A stretch of DNA of 64,000 nucleotides from Takakia lepidozioides (lineage: Eukaryota > Plantae > Bryophyta), in contig CM060731.1 of the NCBI GenBank assembly GCA_030704615.1, positions 5,084,001-5,148,000 of the forward strand. The letters are read 5' to 3'. The first letter of the stretch is position 1. The number at the start of each line of letters is the position of its first letter. The position numbers were made by a program, and so were the translations under genes. Below the pieces are notes generated by a model. It had not been told where the DNA came from and made no database searches. It was given only the letters and a program-made list of their open reading frames with translations. Positions 35,049-49,446 of the stretch are shown here, piece by piece.

Positions 35049-38000
35049 TCAAGTTCTATTCAAATCAAGGGGGTCCTGCAGAAGCTCCTGTGACCTGCTT
35101 GAGTCCCCGGAGAGGGCAAGCCCTGACCTTGGGCTACCCCTTTGCCCAGGGGAGCTGCTCATCCGTCTGAGAAATCCCAGTGGAGAACCTTTTGGCCCAG
35201 GGGACTCAGATGTGGCCGGATTGAGTGACGCCCCTAATGAATTACCCTTTTGCTCTGGGGATCTGCGACCTGCTACCTTCAAAGAGTCACCACTGCCATG
35301 GAGGAGAGCCGCACGTTGAGGGTTTGCCAGCAGCATTTGCTGCACATCTTGCGGCACCAAGTTGAAAATTACAAGCAAATCGCTCCTCAGTTTTTGGGCA
35401 GTAGGTGCGTCCGCAAGTGCAAACCCTGCCCGTTTAAGCATCTGCCAGTGGAAATTTCAGATTGTAATTTCAGCCTGGGCTGAGCACAAACTCTGACATT
35501 AAGACAATGTTGAGAGAAGACATCTCTTACTGGATTCAAATGGAACCAAAGATCTCACGTTAGTCCCTGTAAAAGTAAGAGCTATTGCCTTACCTGCAGC
35601 TCTGCAAGCAAGTGTTGTTCAACAGCAGAGAAGGAGTCGACAATCTCAACCTCTGACTTGGAGTCAAGGAAGGACCGTACATCAGTCTTGGAGCGAGCTT
35701 GTCTCCAGATTCTGTGCTGTTCTTGCTCCACCACTGCCCGTCGTCGCTGGAACCATGGCATAAAATTGGGACCCTCTAAAAACCGCCTGCAGTCATATAC
35801 AACAGAACCATGCAGTAATAAATGTGTATGGCTTTGGTAACATCCACATGAGCCAGCAAGAAGCTGTCAGCTTCACACCGGCCTTCATCTGTGACTGTGA
35901 TAGGTGTCATAGGCGCCACATCTGGTGTATATGTGTTCCATCTTATTCTCCAGAAATATAAGTAGACAGATCTATAAAGGGAGAGAGCAAGAGGAAGGAA
36001 AGGATTTTGATACATACCGGACTTCAACTTCATCAGTCACCTTTCAAAACTTTAAAACAAAAGGAGAGGCAATCCCCCAGTATACTAAGCCAACTGATGA
36101 GGGCCACATTACCCAAGTTGTGTGGAAGAGGTATGAAAGAGGCATCTGCCTCCTCCTCGTCCCTCCCTCCCTCCCCTACGAACAACATAAACTTTTGCAC
36201 ACATCCACTTACCTGTACAGTTCCAGCCAGTTGGCCCGTAAACGCTTGGAGAGAAATTTTCCAGGCCCCCGGGCTGCCAGGCCCTCGACAAACTCATGCG
36301 CATTGAAAGGGGGCAGGGCGGGTGGATCCCGGAACGGAGATGCTCCTTCCTGTGGTGTGGTTGCACGCAAGTAGGGCCCAAATGGTGCCAAAAAGTTTGT
36401 GGTCAGCTCCACAAAGTGCCGTCGCAAAACCTCATTGTTAACCATTGACATTGACTCCTCAGCTCGAGGGGACATCCCAGCATCAACCAATCGGTTGAGG
36501 ACCGAGGTGTCAGGTTTCGTTGCTGCCACATAGGTTGTCCAAAGGGCTTCCCTGTGGTCCGACATCAGCGAAAGGGGTCCATCTTTGTGCACCCTTGCCA
36601 CTTTCAGAAGATTGGTGGGAGAGAAATGCTTCAATGGTGACAGCTGAAATTGTAGTGACAACTGGCGATTTCCATACTGGGAGTGTGGTCGGGTAGCAAG
36701 CTTGAGCCTGTTTGGTGCTGAAAGTGACGTACCCACTGAAATTACATGTGGCAGTCTCCTAAAGGCTTTCAGGAAGAAGAGGTTGGTAACACCCAGAACC
36801 ATAGGTGGCCCTTTTTCTCCATCTTTCAGTGAATTGAGCCCACCAAAATCAGGGTCATGGATGGTGAAATAGGGACGAAAGTCGACACTGCATGGGAGTG
36901 GGGCAACAAGGCCTACAAGGCACGCAACAGCCTCACTGCACTGTGATGGAGTCGGTGCAATTACTAGCAAGGGCTCCCCAACCAAGAGAAGCTCCCAAAG
37001 AACCCACAGCTGCATTAAAACCCCCCGAAAGACACCAAACAAATCTGCTTCATGGAATACTCCCTGGGGAATGGATTGATTCAGCAGAGGGGCAGGAGCC
37101 ATAGCTGAGGTGAAATCATCCATTGGTGTGCCACACCCAGGGGGTAGTGTGTGTGCAGGCGGGAGGTGGGCTCGCAGACTTGTGCTCCCAACAAGTAGCT
37201 CCATGAGCTGCCCGTGGACGGGTGGCGGCCACTGTGAGACGCATGCTGCCACTTGCTCAAGAGCCCGGGCACCTATGTCAAAATACAAAGGCCCTGCTAT
37301 CTGCACTAAGGGTCTGAAAACACTGGAATATGGCCGCTCTGACAATATGACCACTGATTTCTGCTCCCCTCCCCGCCGTAATCTCTCATCCTGCCTTTGT
37401 CGATTGAACACAAACCCATACAAGTACCGGGGTCCCCCACTCCCTGGACCACCATAACTATTTCCCCCTTTCAACCTCTCTAGCGACAAACATTGTGGAG
37501 GAGCGCTCGCTTCATCACAAGTTGGCCTGCTGCTTGGGGGGTCCAACATAGCTGGGGTTGTGGTACTCTCTCTAGGCTTTAATCTGGGGGAAAGTACGCT
37601 TGCAAGAAGACTGGGGATAGGTAGGCCTGCCCAGATTCCCATTCCTCCGCTCTCTCTGTCTGGTGGGGAATTCCCCCCGTTGAAATTGCTGGCAAGAACA
37701 ACTGAGCCTTCACTCAAAGTGCATTGAGGAACCAACTGCTGACTGGACTTCGGGTGTTGTGCTGCAGTTAAAAGAAATGAGAGTGCTATCTACATAAGGC
37801 CAACATCTTCTTATTCAACTTCCATCGCAACTCATACTACACTTCTCACTTGCATTTTAACTACCAACAGAAGGCACTACATTGCTTGGAATGTGCTGAA
37901 ACAATGTTTCAGAACTCACTTCTGGTTGGTGACTGGTGGCTCAAGATTAGCATTTGAAGTTGATAATACAGCCATGGGCATGGGCCCTGTCTGAGCTGAT

Positions 38001-39450
38001 GCCACGAGAGAGCCTCTGAGGATTAAATAAGGGTGGTGACTCTCGTAGAGGTCACGAACAATTCCTGGTGGACCGAACCCTATTTTCTAGGGTCACTACA
38101 GGCAGTGATATTTGTATGCCTGACTAATCCTTGGCATTCCAGAGCTGAAGGCCTTTGATGCTACCAAAATGAAACGGAACCATTCCCCAGAACACTCTTC
38201 ACTAGCAGGTGGCGCAGTTCAGTATCCGTTTCACAGTGCTAGAGCTCTCAGGATTGAATAATGTAACAAAAGGTCCAAAACCTGTATCACACGGACATGG
38301 TGTACCATTTATCTCACACTTTCCTAGCCTTGTGTAGAGGGAGAGAGGTAGAAGCCCCAGAAACCAACAGATTCAAGGACATATAAACAAGGGGGTTGAG
38401 GAATGATCGGATACCCATCCAATCACCCTTGCAACTCTAGAAGACCTCTTCAAAGGTCTGATCGTACTGCTTACCTGGGCCATCTTCTTTCATGCTCTGT
38501 CCTGCCCCTGTGGCCAATACTTCCAGAGGCCCATCAGCATGGCGGTCAGGCACTGGAATGGAGGTGGTTCGGCGCACACCTAGGGATGGGTTTGTACATG
38601 TGGGCACTAAGCCACGCCTTCGTATGCGAAAAAAGAAAACGCAATCATGAACACTTGCACGTGTGTTTGCCTGTGACATTGAGTCTGGAAATGCACTGAA
38701 CGCCACATCAAGCTCTTCCTCAGGGGAGAGGGCACCTGCTGGGTAGCACTCCTCCACAACCTGCCAGCATCCAGAAGTTTTGCAATTGGTGTCATATTCA
38801 TGCTCTGTCAAACAAATGTGGAGGATATCAGCAGCCAGGCACAAAGCCTGCATCTTGTTTGTTCAGCGAGCTGCAAAAACTAGAAAAAGTCCTTGTGCTA
38901 GGAGACTGGCAGTACAATCCCACTGGCTTGAACAACCACAGGTGAAGAGATCAGGTTCACAAACATCAGCAAAATTTACCAAGGAGTATTAGGCTTGCAG
39001 AAGGTTCTGATTTTGTGCCTGGGAGATCAACCCTGGGCAACAACAGAGCACTGTGGTAGCCTACCAAGCAGCCTACTGAGCACAAGGAACCAAGCATAAT
39101 CACTGAAGGGCAATGGCAATGTGTTCCAACAATGGGGCAATGCAGCTCTAGCTCAGTTACCCAATTTTACTGGACTGCACCATGGAACCTCAAGCTAACA
39201 AAGGAGATCAAAAGCTAATCAAAGATCTATTCATCTCCCTTCAAGCTCAGTTCCCATGGTACCTCAGTTTGTAACCAAGATCTCCAGGTTCTCTCCTTCT
39301 TATGAAGGTACCGAAAGGAATACAAACCTGCCCCTGCTGAAGATCAAAGCGGATGGCACACAGTGCCACTATCCAATGCCGCATCGCCGACACATCAGGC
39401 CTGGCATTTGGATCGGGCCGAGAAACCCCAAAGGTGACACTGCGGTTCAT
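35049..39450 (-). CDS. DENND6/FAM116-like DENN-domain protein (putative Rab GEF), 5 coding exons
   Basis: Exons 39450-39328, 38760-38475, 37761-36213, 35786-35594 and 35441-35049. Motifs IRFDLQQGQ, AFPDSMS, YLYGFVFNRQRQDERLRRGGEQKSVVILS and DFRPYFTIHDPDF. Confidence 0.92.
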
Positions 39451-42400
39451 TGTCTATGCCCTATGTTGTTGCTGCTCCTGCTCCTCCTGCTGATGCCCCA
39501 TTTCTTGAGAGAAACCGTTCCAAGTTACATATTCCTCGAGTTGAATGTAAACATGGCCGAGCCATCCCATCATCTGACTATTTCATAACTTGCATGTGAG
39601 GGTGTTCCAGCTTTGAAAGTCGTAGTGATGAGCAAGCCACAAGCCAGTTAAAACTGTTGATGTGACAACAAGCCAGCCACATTCATCAAAACATCCCTTC
39701 TATATGCAGCTTCTCCAAAAAGTCCAGAACCAATAGTGTGTGCATTGGATCCCATTATACTTTGGTCTAGCCCATGGTTAATCTTGCTCATCCTTGTTCC
39801 TTCCTCACCTACTCCTCAGCTTTATCCCTGGACTCCTTCAGAAAATTCCAGTTTTCATAAGCTGTCTATTCCCGAAGATGTCTTTCCATCTGAACCTGCA
39901 ATCCCACTGCAAAACTTAGCAAATGCCAGTATTTTCCAACATCAGCTCCAAAGCACTTGATTGCCCTACCACACAGTTCTTGGACAAATCTCTCTAGGCA
40001 ATGCCTTGAAAGCTCTCAGTAAGCCCACAGACATCTACGATGTGCTCTTCCACCTAGAGTCTATCTGTATCAATGCTCATGTGTGTTGACATATTCTTCA
40101 GCAGAGCTAAACAGGTGGAGGATCAACCAAGCTTTGGCCAGCCTGAGTGTTCTCGTCATACATCAGTCAGGTCATGGTTCCTGCCCAGCACTGCACCATT
40201 CACAATTTATGGATGGTGGAGCATTGGCAGACAATGCTTAGCAAAGGTAGCTCATCCTTCCACTCAACCTTATATGGACCAAACAGGACAGCTTAGTTCC
40301 ATTAGATAAAGAATTATGTGATTGTCTAGTCTGCCTTACAACTTATCCATATACTGTCGAGCTTTTTGCTTGAGCGACGGGACCACCACAGTATCATCTT
40401 TCTCTCCTTTTGCAGCCTATACAGGCGTGAGGATTTAAAGGGTACTGCAATTTGTTGGAAGTTTATAAACTTCACTGGGTTGAATATTTAGGATAACCGA
40501 AGATACATTGGATCAAGCCACAAAGATAATCATTGTTATAATTACTTTGGACACCAACGCACAAGAATGAGTACATGTGGCTCCCAAGCATCCTGTAAGG
40601 TAACTGTATTTGTCTAATTCAAAGTCCTCCAACTAGTTGATTGTGCAGCACATCGGACTCGTCAACTGCAGACTGTCTGGGACATCATTGGACAACTATC
40701 AAGTGGCTAAATCTCTGTGGACCTCTCCGAATGGAGTCTTGGGCAGCTAAAAGACCATTTTCCTTTTCAACCAAGCGGTTTCCATACTGTCATTTACACG
40801 GAGGAGAACATCAAATGGCACAACATGCCAATACAAAGATACGGTAAAAACTGTTCTCTGTAAGAACATGGATGAGAAGTCATAGTCACTCCCAGTGACA
40901 ATTGGATATGGCATTCCCACAAGAGCATAACACTCGTGTTTGCCCAATCAAGTTACTCTGTACTCATTTTAGTGTTGATGTAGGGGCTGGCAACCTATAT
41001 GCGCGTCAATGAGAGGGACTCAACACGATCAATAACTACCATCACGCAAACCAAAGCAGCCAGAAAGCGCTTGAATGTGAGTGAGTGATAGGCAGCCTAA
41101 TTAACAGAATTCCCTGCTCAAAGTTGAGTGGAAATTATCAACGAAGTATGCAAAAGCAGAGGACGATAGCATTGAAAAAACCCAGAGCCAACAGATCAAG
41201 ACAAACAAGATGCCGCCTGGATTGCATGGTATAGCATCAGCAAATTACATCAATGCAGTAATGCTGCAATCCTGCAGGCTGTATTCAGATCTCGGGTTAG
41301 GTTAGACTATCTGACATCTTTCTTCCTGACCAAAATAAGGAGCTACTGAATGCTGCAACAAACAACCATAACTCAAGACCGCCAGCTTTTGCAACAGCTC
41401 ACAAATAAACCCGTGATCAACTGAGGTCCGTCCCCCTTGCGAGCTTCAACCTAATGCCCATGACATTACGCCCCCTGAATCTCGACACAGCATGGCTTTC
41501 CCTGCCTGATCGGAGAAGAAGAAAGAGAGTGCTGGTCGCCTAGATGGGACGATGAGCTTAAGATAGCAACACGCATGCAAATAGAAGCAGCCCTGAGACA
41601 GGAAGGAAGGATACAAAGAGCGCAGGCCTTGCAAGAAACCGCAAAGACCACATGAGATGTTTCAGACCGGACCCTTTTATTCAAGGAACCTTCAAAAGCA
41701 CCAAGAAACTGGGAGAGACATACGATCGAGTTCTAAATTCGAGAGTACCGAGGAAACCTTCCACAACGCTGATGCACGGCGCGATTGGATCAAAGCACTG
41801 CTACCTACGCAGTGTGATGAAGGCAAGATTGCACTCGGAATGGGAATGTGTAGTAGACACCTACATACATACATGGCGTCTTCAGCAGCAGCACCGGCGG
41901 CAAGACAACTTCAACATAGCTTCCCTCAGTGGCAGGTTTGATTCACTGCATGCACTGCGAAGATCAAAGAAAAAGTTTGTTTCAACAACGTCCAGCGGAT
42001 TTACAGAAGAATGAGAGAGGAGTGCGAGGATGAACGGAGAAGATGACAACAATTGCAAGGTTCCAGAATATATTTATATGTGTCACCGTACCACATTCTC
42101 TGAGCATTTGTTTTGGCCCATATGCCCAACAAGTATTTAGTGCACAAACGTTCATCCAAGGAAGATGGGTTGATGCTTCTCACACCTCAGTATCTACTAA
42201 TCACGAGTGTCGATCATGCAAACCGCTCGACACTGACTACTATGCCAGTGTTCAGTCGTCTTGTTCACTTGGACATTGTATGGTGGGGGAAAGAGGCCGC
42301 TGCCCCAGAGTGTATTATGCTGTCGTAAGCTTACAAGTGCAGAGACCGGGCGCATTGCGTATGTGGGGTTCGCTTATTTTCTAGTTTGGCAGTGGGGTGG

Positions 42401-42484
42401 CCTTAGTTGGGTTCTCCGGAGTGTTTAGGTTTCAGGAGGAGGATCTGGTGGGTGATTTTAGGGGAGACGGTACAGTGAGCGAAC

Positions 42485-44258
42485 ATGGAGGAGGGAGATG
42501 GTGGGTGGGAGGAACTCAGAAAGGAGGCGCGCAAGATTGAGGGTGACCTCGATGTTAAGCTCTCATCGTATGCTAAGCTTGGGGGCATGCTTGCCCATGG
42601 AGGTGGGTGTTTAAACGCTCCCCTTTTAGCGATCGTCTTTGTCTGGTAGGGGGTGAAGCTAATGGGTTGCAGGAGATACGTAGCAATTGTGGAAGAAGCT
42701 GTGAGGTGTGACCCTCTGTCCTCCCCGATATTGGTGTAATTGTGGGTGTTGTGTATCCTTCACTGCGTCAGGATTCGTGGATGCGGGCTCATCAGGGGAT
42801 GCGATGGGGGGGGACGGATCGTGGAAATCTATGGAGATGGAGATAGAGTCCCTCTTGGAGAAGCTACTGGACATCAACGATGCCATGAGCCGCTGTGTGG
42901 CAGCTGCGACATCCACCACATCTGTCACCCAAAAGCTTGCACGTCATCGAGACATACTTCATGAATTTACGCAGGTTGGACTCCATGACTTGAGTTGATG
43001 TCCGATCTATCAATTAGACTCTACTCTCTACAATGCGATGCTGAATGGGTTAAAGCTTTTTGTTATCAGGAGTTTCGACGAACGAGGAATAACATAAGCT
43101 CCATGAGGGAGCATGCGGAGCTGTTGACATCCGTTCGCAACGATATCAGCGAGTTCAAGGTGCAAAATGCCCTTCTTCGCACCTTGAAGTATAAATGTTC
43201 AGGTCTTCCATCAGAAACCCCATCTAATGGCAGAGAGAAGAATGATCTAGCTATTTTGGAAGTTGTAAATCTTCTGATCAAGCCCTAATTTGGTGTAATT
43301 TATGTGTCTTGCTCTGGTAAATTTGATATACACTGGTATGCAATCAGCTGTCACATGCTGGAAGGTATTGTCCTCAAGGGCAGAACTTGTGGCGGGAAAA
43401 TCAAAATGACTGCAAAGCAACCCTTTCGTGTTGTAATATATGTACGATGGTTGTCAGGCCTCTGGAAGTTTGTCGCCAGGACCAAGCTTGCTGAGGGAGC
43501 GTGGAGCAATTCATGGTAACATATCTCAGGTACTTTCCACTTCATGCGTTTTTGGTCATCATCAGAGGTGTTTCTGGGTGTGTTCTACATGCCTCGGGTA
43601 TTCTTTGTTTCTGGGTGTGTTCTTACATTGTGCTGGCTTTGGAAGAGCTTTGGCACTCCAATATGCTTGTCCTACTTGGATGAGTCTTATCACAGACGGT
43701 TCATGCCCATGGACAGCAGATCATTACTGATACGAATATCCAACATTAGTTCAGAGCTAGCAGTAGCTCTGATGGTGGGGAGACAATAATGCTGACACTA
43801 CTCATCAGTTGAGGGCAGTTGAAGCCAGCATTCGGTTGTGCTTCTGACACTGAGAGAGCTATTCTTGTATATGACTTATGATGAGTAATTGTCGGTGGTT
43901 TAATTGCTTGTGATTGTGGTTGGGGGCAGATGGATGAGGTGATCAATCAAGCCCAGGCTACAAAAGGGGCACTTGCTGCGCAACGCTCTGCTTTCATGGA
44001 GATACAGGGGAAGCTAAAGCAACTGGGTGACCGATTTCCTGTGATCCGCGGCTTGTTAGGTGTGTCTGGCTTCCTCCCATTACACAGAATTTTACGTAAG
44101 CCTGGTAGAAGACCATTTGTACTGAAAATTGGATGGGGTCTGTGTGAATCATTGTGACAGGGGCCATCAAGCGGAAACGATCGAAGGACACTTGGATTTT
44201 ATCAGGGGTTATCACTGCTTGCACTCTCTTCCTCATTATTTACTGGGTTTCCAAATGA
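42485..44258 (+). CDS. GOS12: Golgi SNAP receptor complex member 1-2 (Qb-SNARE), 6 exons
   Basis: Exons 42485-42602, 42772-42974, 43070-43159, 43458-43529, 43930-44059 and 44161-44258. WEELRKEARKIEGDLDVKLSSYAKLG, LARHRDILHEFTQEFRR, and C-terminal TM KDTWILSGVITACTLFLIIYWVSK. Confidence 0.95.
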
Positions 44259-45724
44259 ATGGTATGGGATCAACATTTTGGAACAGCTCTAGGTTAGAAG
44301 ATTGCCATCTGATGCCTACTTGGACTGCCAGTTGGAGTTGGGGCTTCCGTTACCCATGCCGACCTTTAGCCCTACAACAGTGAGTCCTCCCATTGTGCAT
44401 GGCACCATGCCTAAAGAGGATGTGGTACATCTTGCATGTGCATAACCCCCTTTGAGCAAGCCTCTTTCGTAGGTTCTAGCAGTCCAATTGGAAGCTGGAA
44501 AACTGTGAAGAGTCACAGCATATAGATGTTCTTCTGTAATTTATGTAGGTTTACCCTCGCCACCTCATGGTTTGATCTGTTGAAGCATCTTTTTGTTCGA
44601 GTGCTGACATACTCAGAAATGTATTTTATTGAACGGGATGTAAGTCTCGCAGGCATCCAAACTTATTCAAACAGAGAACTATGAAGGGAAAGAGTGGTTG
44701 ATTACAGGGGCGCTCATGGAGGGGCCCTTGTGGCTGTATTATCTTGCCCAAGCTTCATGGAGGATTTATCAGCCAAATTTGATGTGCCGTAGTTCAAACG
44801 TTCTGGGACACATGTAGGGGATGGTGGGGTGGGGTGCCCATGGAAGCAGAAATATGCAAACCTTTCTGGATGGAAAACAGCAAAACCATGCATCAAACAA
44901 ACAGTGGTTTCTTGAAAGTGGAGGAAGATAGACAGGATTGTTATCAATGCCTCATTGTTCACCTCTGAAAAACGCCCGAGATTATTCTCCAGTGCAATGT
45001 CCCAAGGTCAGTGTTAGAAAGAGTTGAGCAAGAGACTGAAATGTGCTAGCTACTACATGTATGAAATGGTGATCCTCTGCCATGACTGGTGAGTTAACTG
45101 CATTCTGTTGTAAATATTGCAGTGTTCCCTTTCAAGCTTGAACATGAATAATCTAAAGGAAAGCAGAGCTAAAAATCTGACAGGAAAAGTGATATTCTTT
45201 TCAAAGAAACTTGATTGCTGATACAGGGGTCGGTTCCAGGTCTCAGGTCACAAATAGGGACCGTAGCTGAGATGGCACTTGTCCCGTAGGGACCCAAACA
45301 TTGGACTGTTCCTATAAAAATAATGTTAAGTAGTGCCTGCAGTATGATCACAACGAGGGTTTGGGCATCAGCACTAGACCTCACATGCTGCCGGTCTGTT
45401 GTGTCCCATTGCATACGAGTGCTATTTTATGGATGGGAGCTGAGGATTTTGTTTCAGAAATTAAGAGAGAATGGGGGTGAGAGAGAAAGGGATTGGAAGC
45501 AAATTTTCTTAGGGTGTCCTTGAGTGTTGGTGGGCGGCACTTGCATTTGTGAAGGTTCTTTGGCACTGGTTCCATAATTATTTCAAGAGATGGTTCTGGT
45601 TCTTTTTATTGGTTCGGTTCTGGTTACGGGTTAGTTATTGAAAAAAAGACAGTTCTGGTTAGATTATGGTTCTTATTTTAATATTTTAATTGTCTTAGTT
45701 TAATAAAATAAAATAAAATAAAGG

Positions 45725-46980
45725 AAGCCTGGGAGTGACAGCCCACAATTCAGGCCCTTGAAGAGGTGGAAAAATAACCCCCTTTCATTTATGGGCCATG
45801 GAGGCACACAAGCCTAATAAACATCCAGACAGAACGCCACGAGCAATCCACACAGGGGCAGGGCAGCGGGTTTGAAGCCCAAACTACCAGGCGACACACT
45901 GTGCAATTATTTTATCAGTCTGGAAAATAAGACAAACTCCCTGCTCACATTGAGTGATCAGGAATTTCAACTAAATGCGGTAAATAAGAGCGTCTTCCTC
46001 TTGCTGATACTGCTCCCTTTGGGGGTGGGTTCCATGCTCCATCAAACCCAACTACCCTATGTGACCAGCTGGCCACTTTTTGATATTACGTTCATTGAGG
46101 ATGAGGGTTCTAAGCAATCTGATAGCCCTAAAATGTAGGGCTTGGAGGAGTTTAGTGGTGGCGGTATATGGTAGTTTTGGGTTTTGTTCTAAGATGCTAA
46201 TGTTGTGGCTATGAGTGCCACCTCTAACCCAGTAACTTCTAAAACTAGAAGTTTGTATTTTTTTTTTTTCGTTTGTTGGCTCTCTTGTAGAGAGAGACTC
46301 TGTGCAACATGTTGAAGTCAATGGAGAAAATGTGGTCAAAGGACCTTACACCGTGTCAAGGCTCCGATTGGTGTGTTGCGCTGAGTCATGCCCCTTACTT
46401 CACCTCTTATGTTTTGCCAAAGCAAGAGAGCCCATCGCAGTTTTAGGCTTGTTAATAATTGATTGATCTTGGTAGTGGTCATGTCAGAATGTTATTTCCA
46501 TTATATGAATGGTGAAGGAGGAGTTAGTGTTATAGAGGAGATCGGAAATTCTTGGACAAGTAGTATGCCCGTGCAGAATTGTGTCTTGCAAAAGTCACAA
46601 AGGTTTGTGAGGCATGAGCATGGGAGAAGCCAAAGGGGGATTATATGGTCTGATGTTCTACATTGGAATGTGCCTACACTGATGAGGAGATGTAGAGTGT
46701 GATAGAAGGAGTTTTTGGAGGTGCCAGACTCTTTGACTGTATAGTGTTATTTGGAGACCATGTAGTATGTGATGCTTGCAATGTATGAGAAGGTGCAACC
46801 ATGTGTCTACTTGGGGGATTGGACATACATTGTGCAATGTTTGTTGGGGTATAGCGTAGGTCAAAATAAGTTTCATCTCTGGTAGCCTATGTAATGGGCC
46901 ATATCGAAATCTTGTTTAATTTGTGTATATGTTACGGTGTTAATGTCCAAAAGTGGTTTGATAGACCAAGTGAAATAAAG
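45725..46980 (-). mobile_element. Decayed 3' part of a non-LTR retrotransposon with Zn-knuckle and restriction-like endonuclease region
   Basis: CPIPQVDTWLHLLIHCKH, IPLWLLPCSC, IHIMEITF and AIRLLRTLILNERNI. AT-rich tail at ~45700-45722. The 3' end motif CCTGGGAGTGACAGC recurs at ~48438. Confidence 0.55.
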
Positions 46981-47399
46981 TGCATTATCCAACTGAACTA
47001 CTACACAATTTTCTTTTCTTTAAAAAGAAGAAGAAAAGAAATTAACAATGCATAATAATAATATATGACGTCTCTCGAAGGAAGTGTAAATTATGGTGGC
47101 TCTTGACCCTGAAGGGTTATTGCCTTCCGCTAGGAAGGTGGACACCTTTGTGACACCAATCGGTGGATTGAACCCACAACCACTTCCGAGGTGGTATGTG
47201 CCCATTATCACTGCGCTACAACTTGGTTGGCTTGACATTAATGCATTCTTAGTAGGCGAAGAGAAAGGAACCGAACAAGGGCTTCACGTTGCTCTGCACT
47301 ACTAGCGACGACTTCTAAGAACAACATCAAGATAGATGGGCTATATTCAAGTCTTATGAAAAGATGAACACTTATTGGCTCTCTTGTAGAAAGAGACTA

Positions 47400-48129
47400 C
47401 CGTACTTACCTAGCTTATTAGGCAATAATTAATTCGAAATCAAGTGCCTAATTAAATTTAAAATATTTTTGGAAAATATGCCTGAGAAGTGCCTAATTTC
47501 TCGAAAATTATGAAAAATACCAAAATGTCCAAATATGTGGAAACAAATGCCTAAATTGTATTATTTTAAAATCCAAAAAATGGCAAAAATGCCTACAATC
47601 AAAACCATTATGTTTTTTTAAGAAAGAAAATTACCTCAACAATAGTTTTTGAGGGAGGTAAAAAATAATTGTTCATTTTGTTATGGACGTGGTGGCTTTG
47701 GATAAGAACCGTATATCTGATAAGAACGGATGAATGTTTTCTCAAACCAACTTATAATTTTTTTTAATTTAATTTTTTTAAATAATAATAATAATAATAA
47801 TAAAACCAACTATATTAAGGCTCGGCATAAGATCTAACAACTATGGAGATGTGCTAACCGGAGGAGAGCCATATTTTGGAACAACATATCAAACAACGCT
47901 TTAGTGATGCCATTTTCAAGTGTAATTTACAGAGCAAAGATTTCATAACACTAAGGGTGACATAACAAAAAAGTAGGTAACATTTATCCAGGGTCGACTG
48001 TAATACATGCCTAATGTTTGGAGATTATCTAGGTGAGGTGCATACATAATAAAAATGAATTTGCCCAATAATATTCTATTTTTATTAATTATTAGGCACG
48101 GAAGTGCCTAATAAGCTAGGTAAGCACGG
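47400..48129. mobile_element. Tc1/mariner-type MITE (25-bp TIR, TA TSD)
   Basis: TA|CCGTACTTACCTAGCTTATTAGGCA ... TGCCTAATAAGCTAGGTAAGCACGG|TA (1 mismatch). An empty paralogous site lies at ~46275-46385. Confidence 0.9.
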
Positions 48130-49446
48130 TACACATCATGTTAAAGTCAACGGAGAAAATGTGGTCAAAGGACCTTATGCCGTGTCAAGCCTCCGATTGG
48201 TGTGTTGTGCTGAGCAGCTTTTTTTTTCATTTCTGCCTGGACGTGGATGTGGCGAAATTTTCTCGGGTTAAGTGCAGAGGCGGCTACTTGTACAATGTCC
48301 ACTTGGATCCTACCTAGCTACAAGTATGCTTGATATATTGTGCAATATGGCAATTTCTTAAAAACGTTAGGGATATTTCCCAGGCGACACAGTTTTTAAA
48401 AAATATATATAATTTATTTATTTATTTAAGGGAAACACCTGGGAGTGACAGCTGACAAATCAGGCCCCTTAATTATAGTGAGAGGAAGAAATAACCTCTT
48501 TCAGAGTAGCTGTGAAGACTTTCGCATGGGCCACCGCCCAAGGGAAGTGGGAAAAGAACATACCACAGCCATCAAGGTAACAGGATTTGACCCCAAAATC
48601 ATCTGGGTGGCACCGCCTAAGGGAAGGGGGAGAAGATCATACCATAGCCATCAAGGTAGCTGGATCTGACCCCAAAATCATATGGGTGGCACTGAATGCA
48701 CTATCCAACTGAGCTACCATCTGTTTCCTTCCTCTTATGTTTTGCCAAAGCAAGAGAGTCCATTGCAATTTGAGGCTTGTTTCATTTAATATTAATTTGG
48801 TCGGTGTAATGACTTTGGCTCGTTTTGATACAACAAGTAGATTTGGATTATGAATGTTGTTTATATGATATCTTCTTCATCTTTCTTTTCAATTGGTTTT
48901 GATTTTAAATCATTTGAATTTTGATTTAATGTCATGGTTTCATGAAAAAGCTTGGTTGATTTTTTTTTAATGCACATTTGTTCCGACATTCATCATTTAT
49001 ATCGTCTTTATTTAAAGCATATTTTATCTGTATATCTGCATTAACCTCATATTATTTGAAGTTATACACATGCCCAAGTTTTTTTTGTTTGCGGAGGATA
49101 TTAGCATTTTGACATAATCAATAACGATCATATATCCGCAGATACATTCTTGAAAAAAAATAGTTGTTTACATAAACATAATTGGCTTGACAAAAATTAT
49201 TGTTTTGAACAAAATCTTTGTCTTGATAAAAAATTACTATAATACAAGCGCCATTAGGTGAATATTAGAAGCCTGATTTTGCCTACGTGGACCTGTTAAA
49301 ACTGTCACATGTTATATAGCCACTTTTCTAGCCATGCCACCTTGTTTTCTAGCCACGTGGATTACGCTTTGGTAGAATGGCCCCTATGGTAATTTTGAAG
49401 AAATGTAAATAAAAAAGAAAGACCAATCAATAAATTAGGAGATCCC

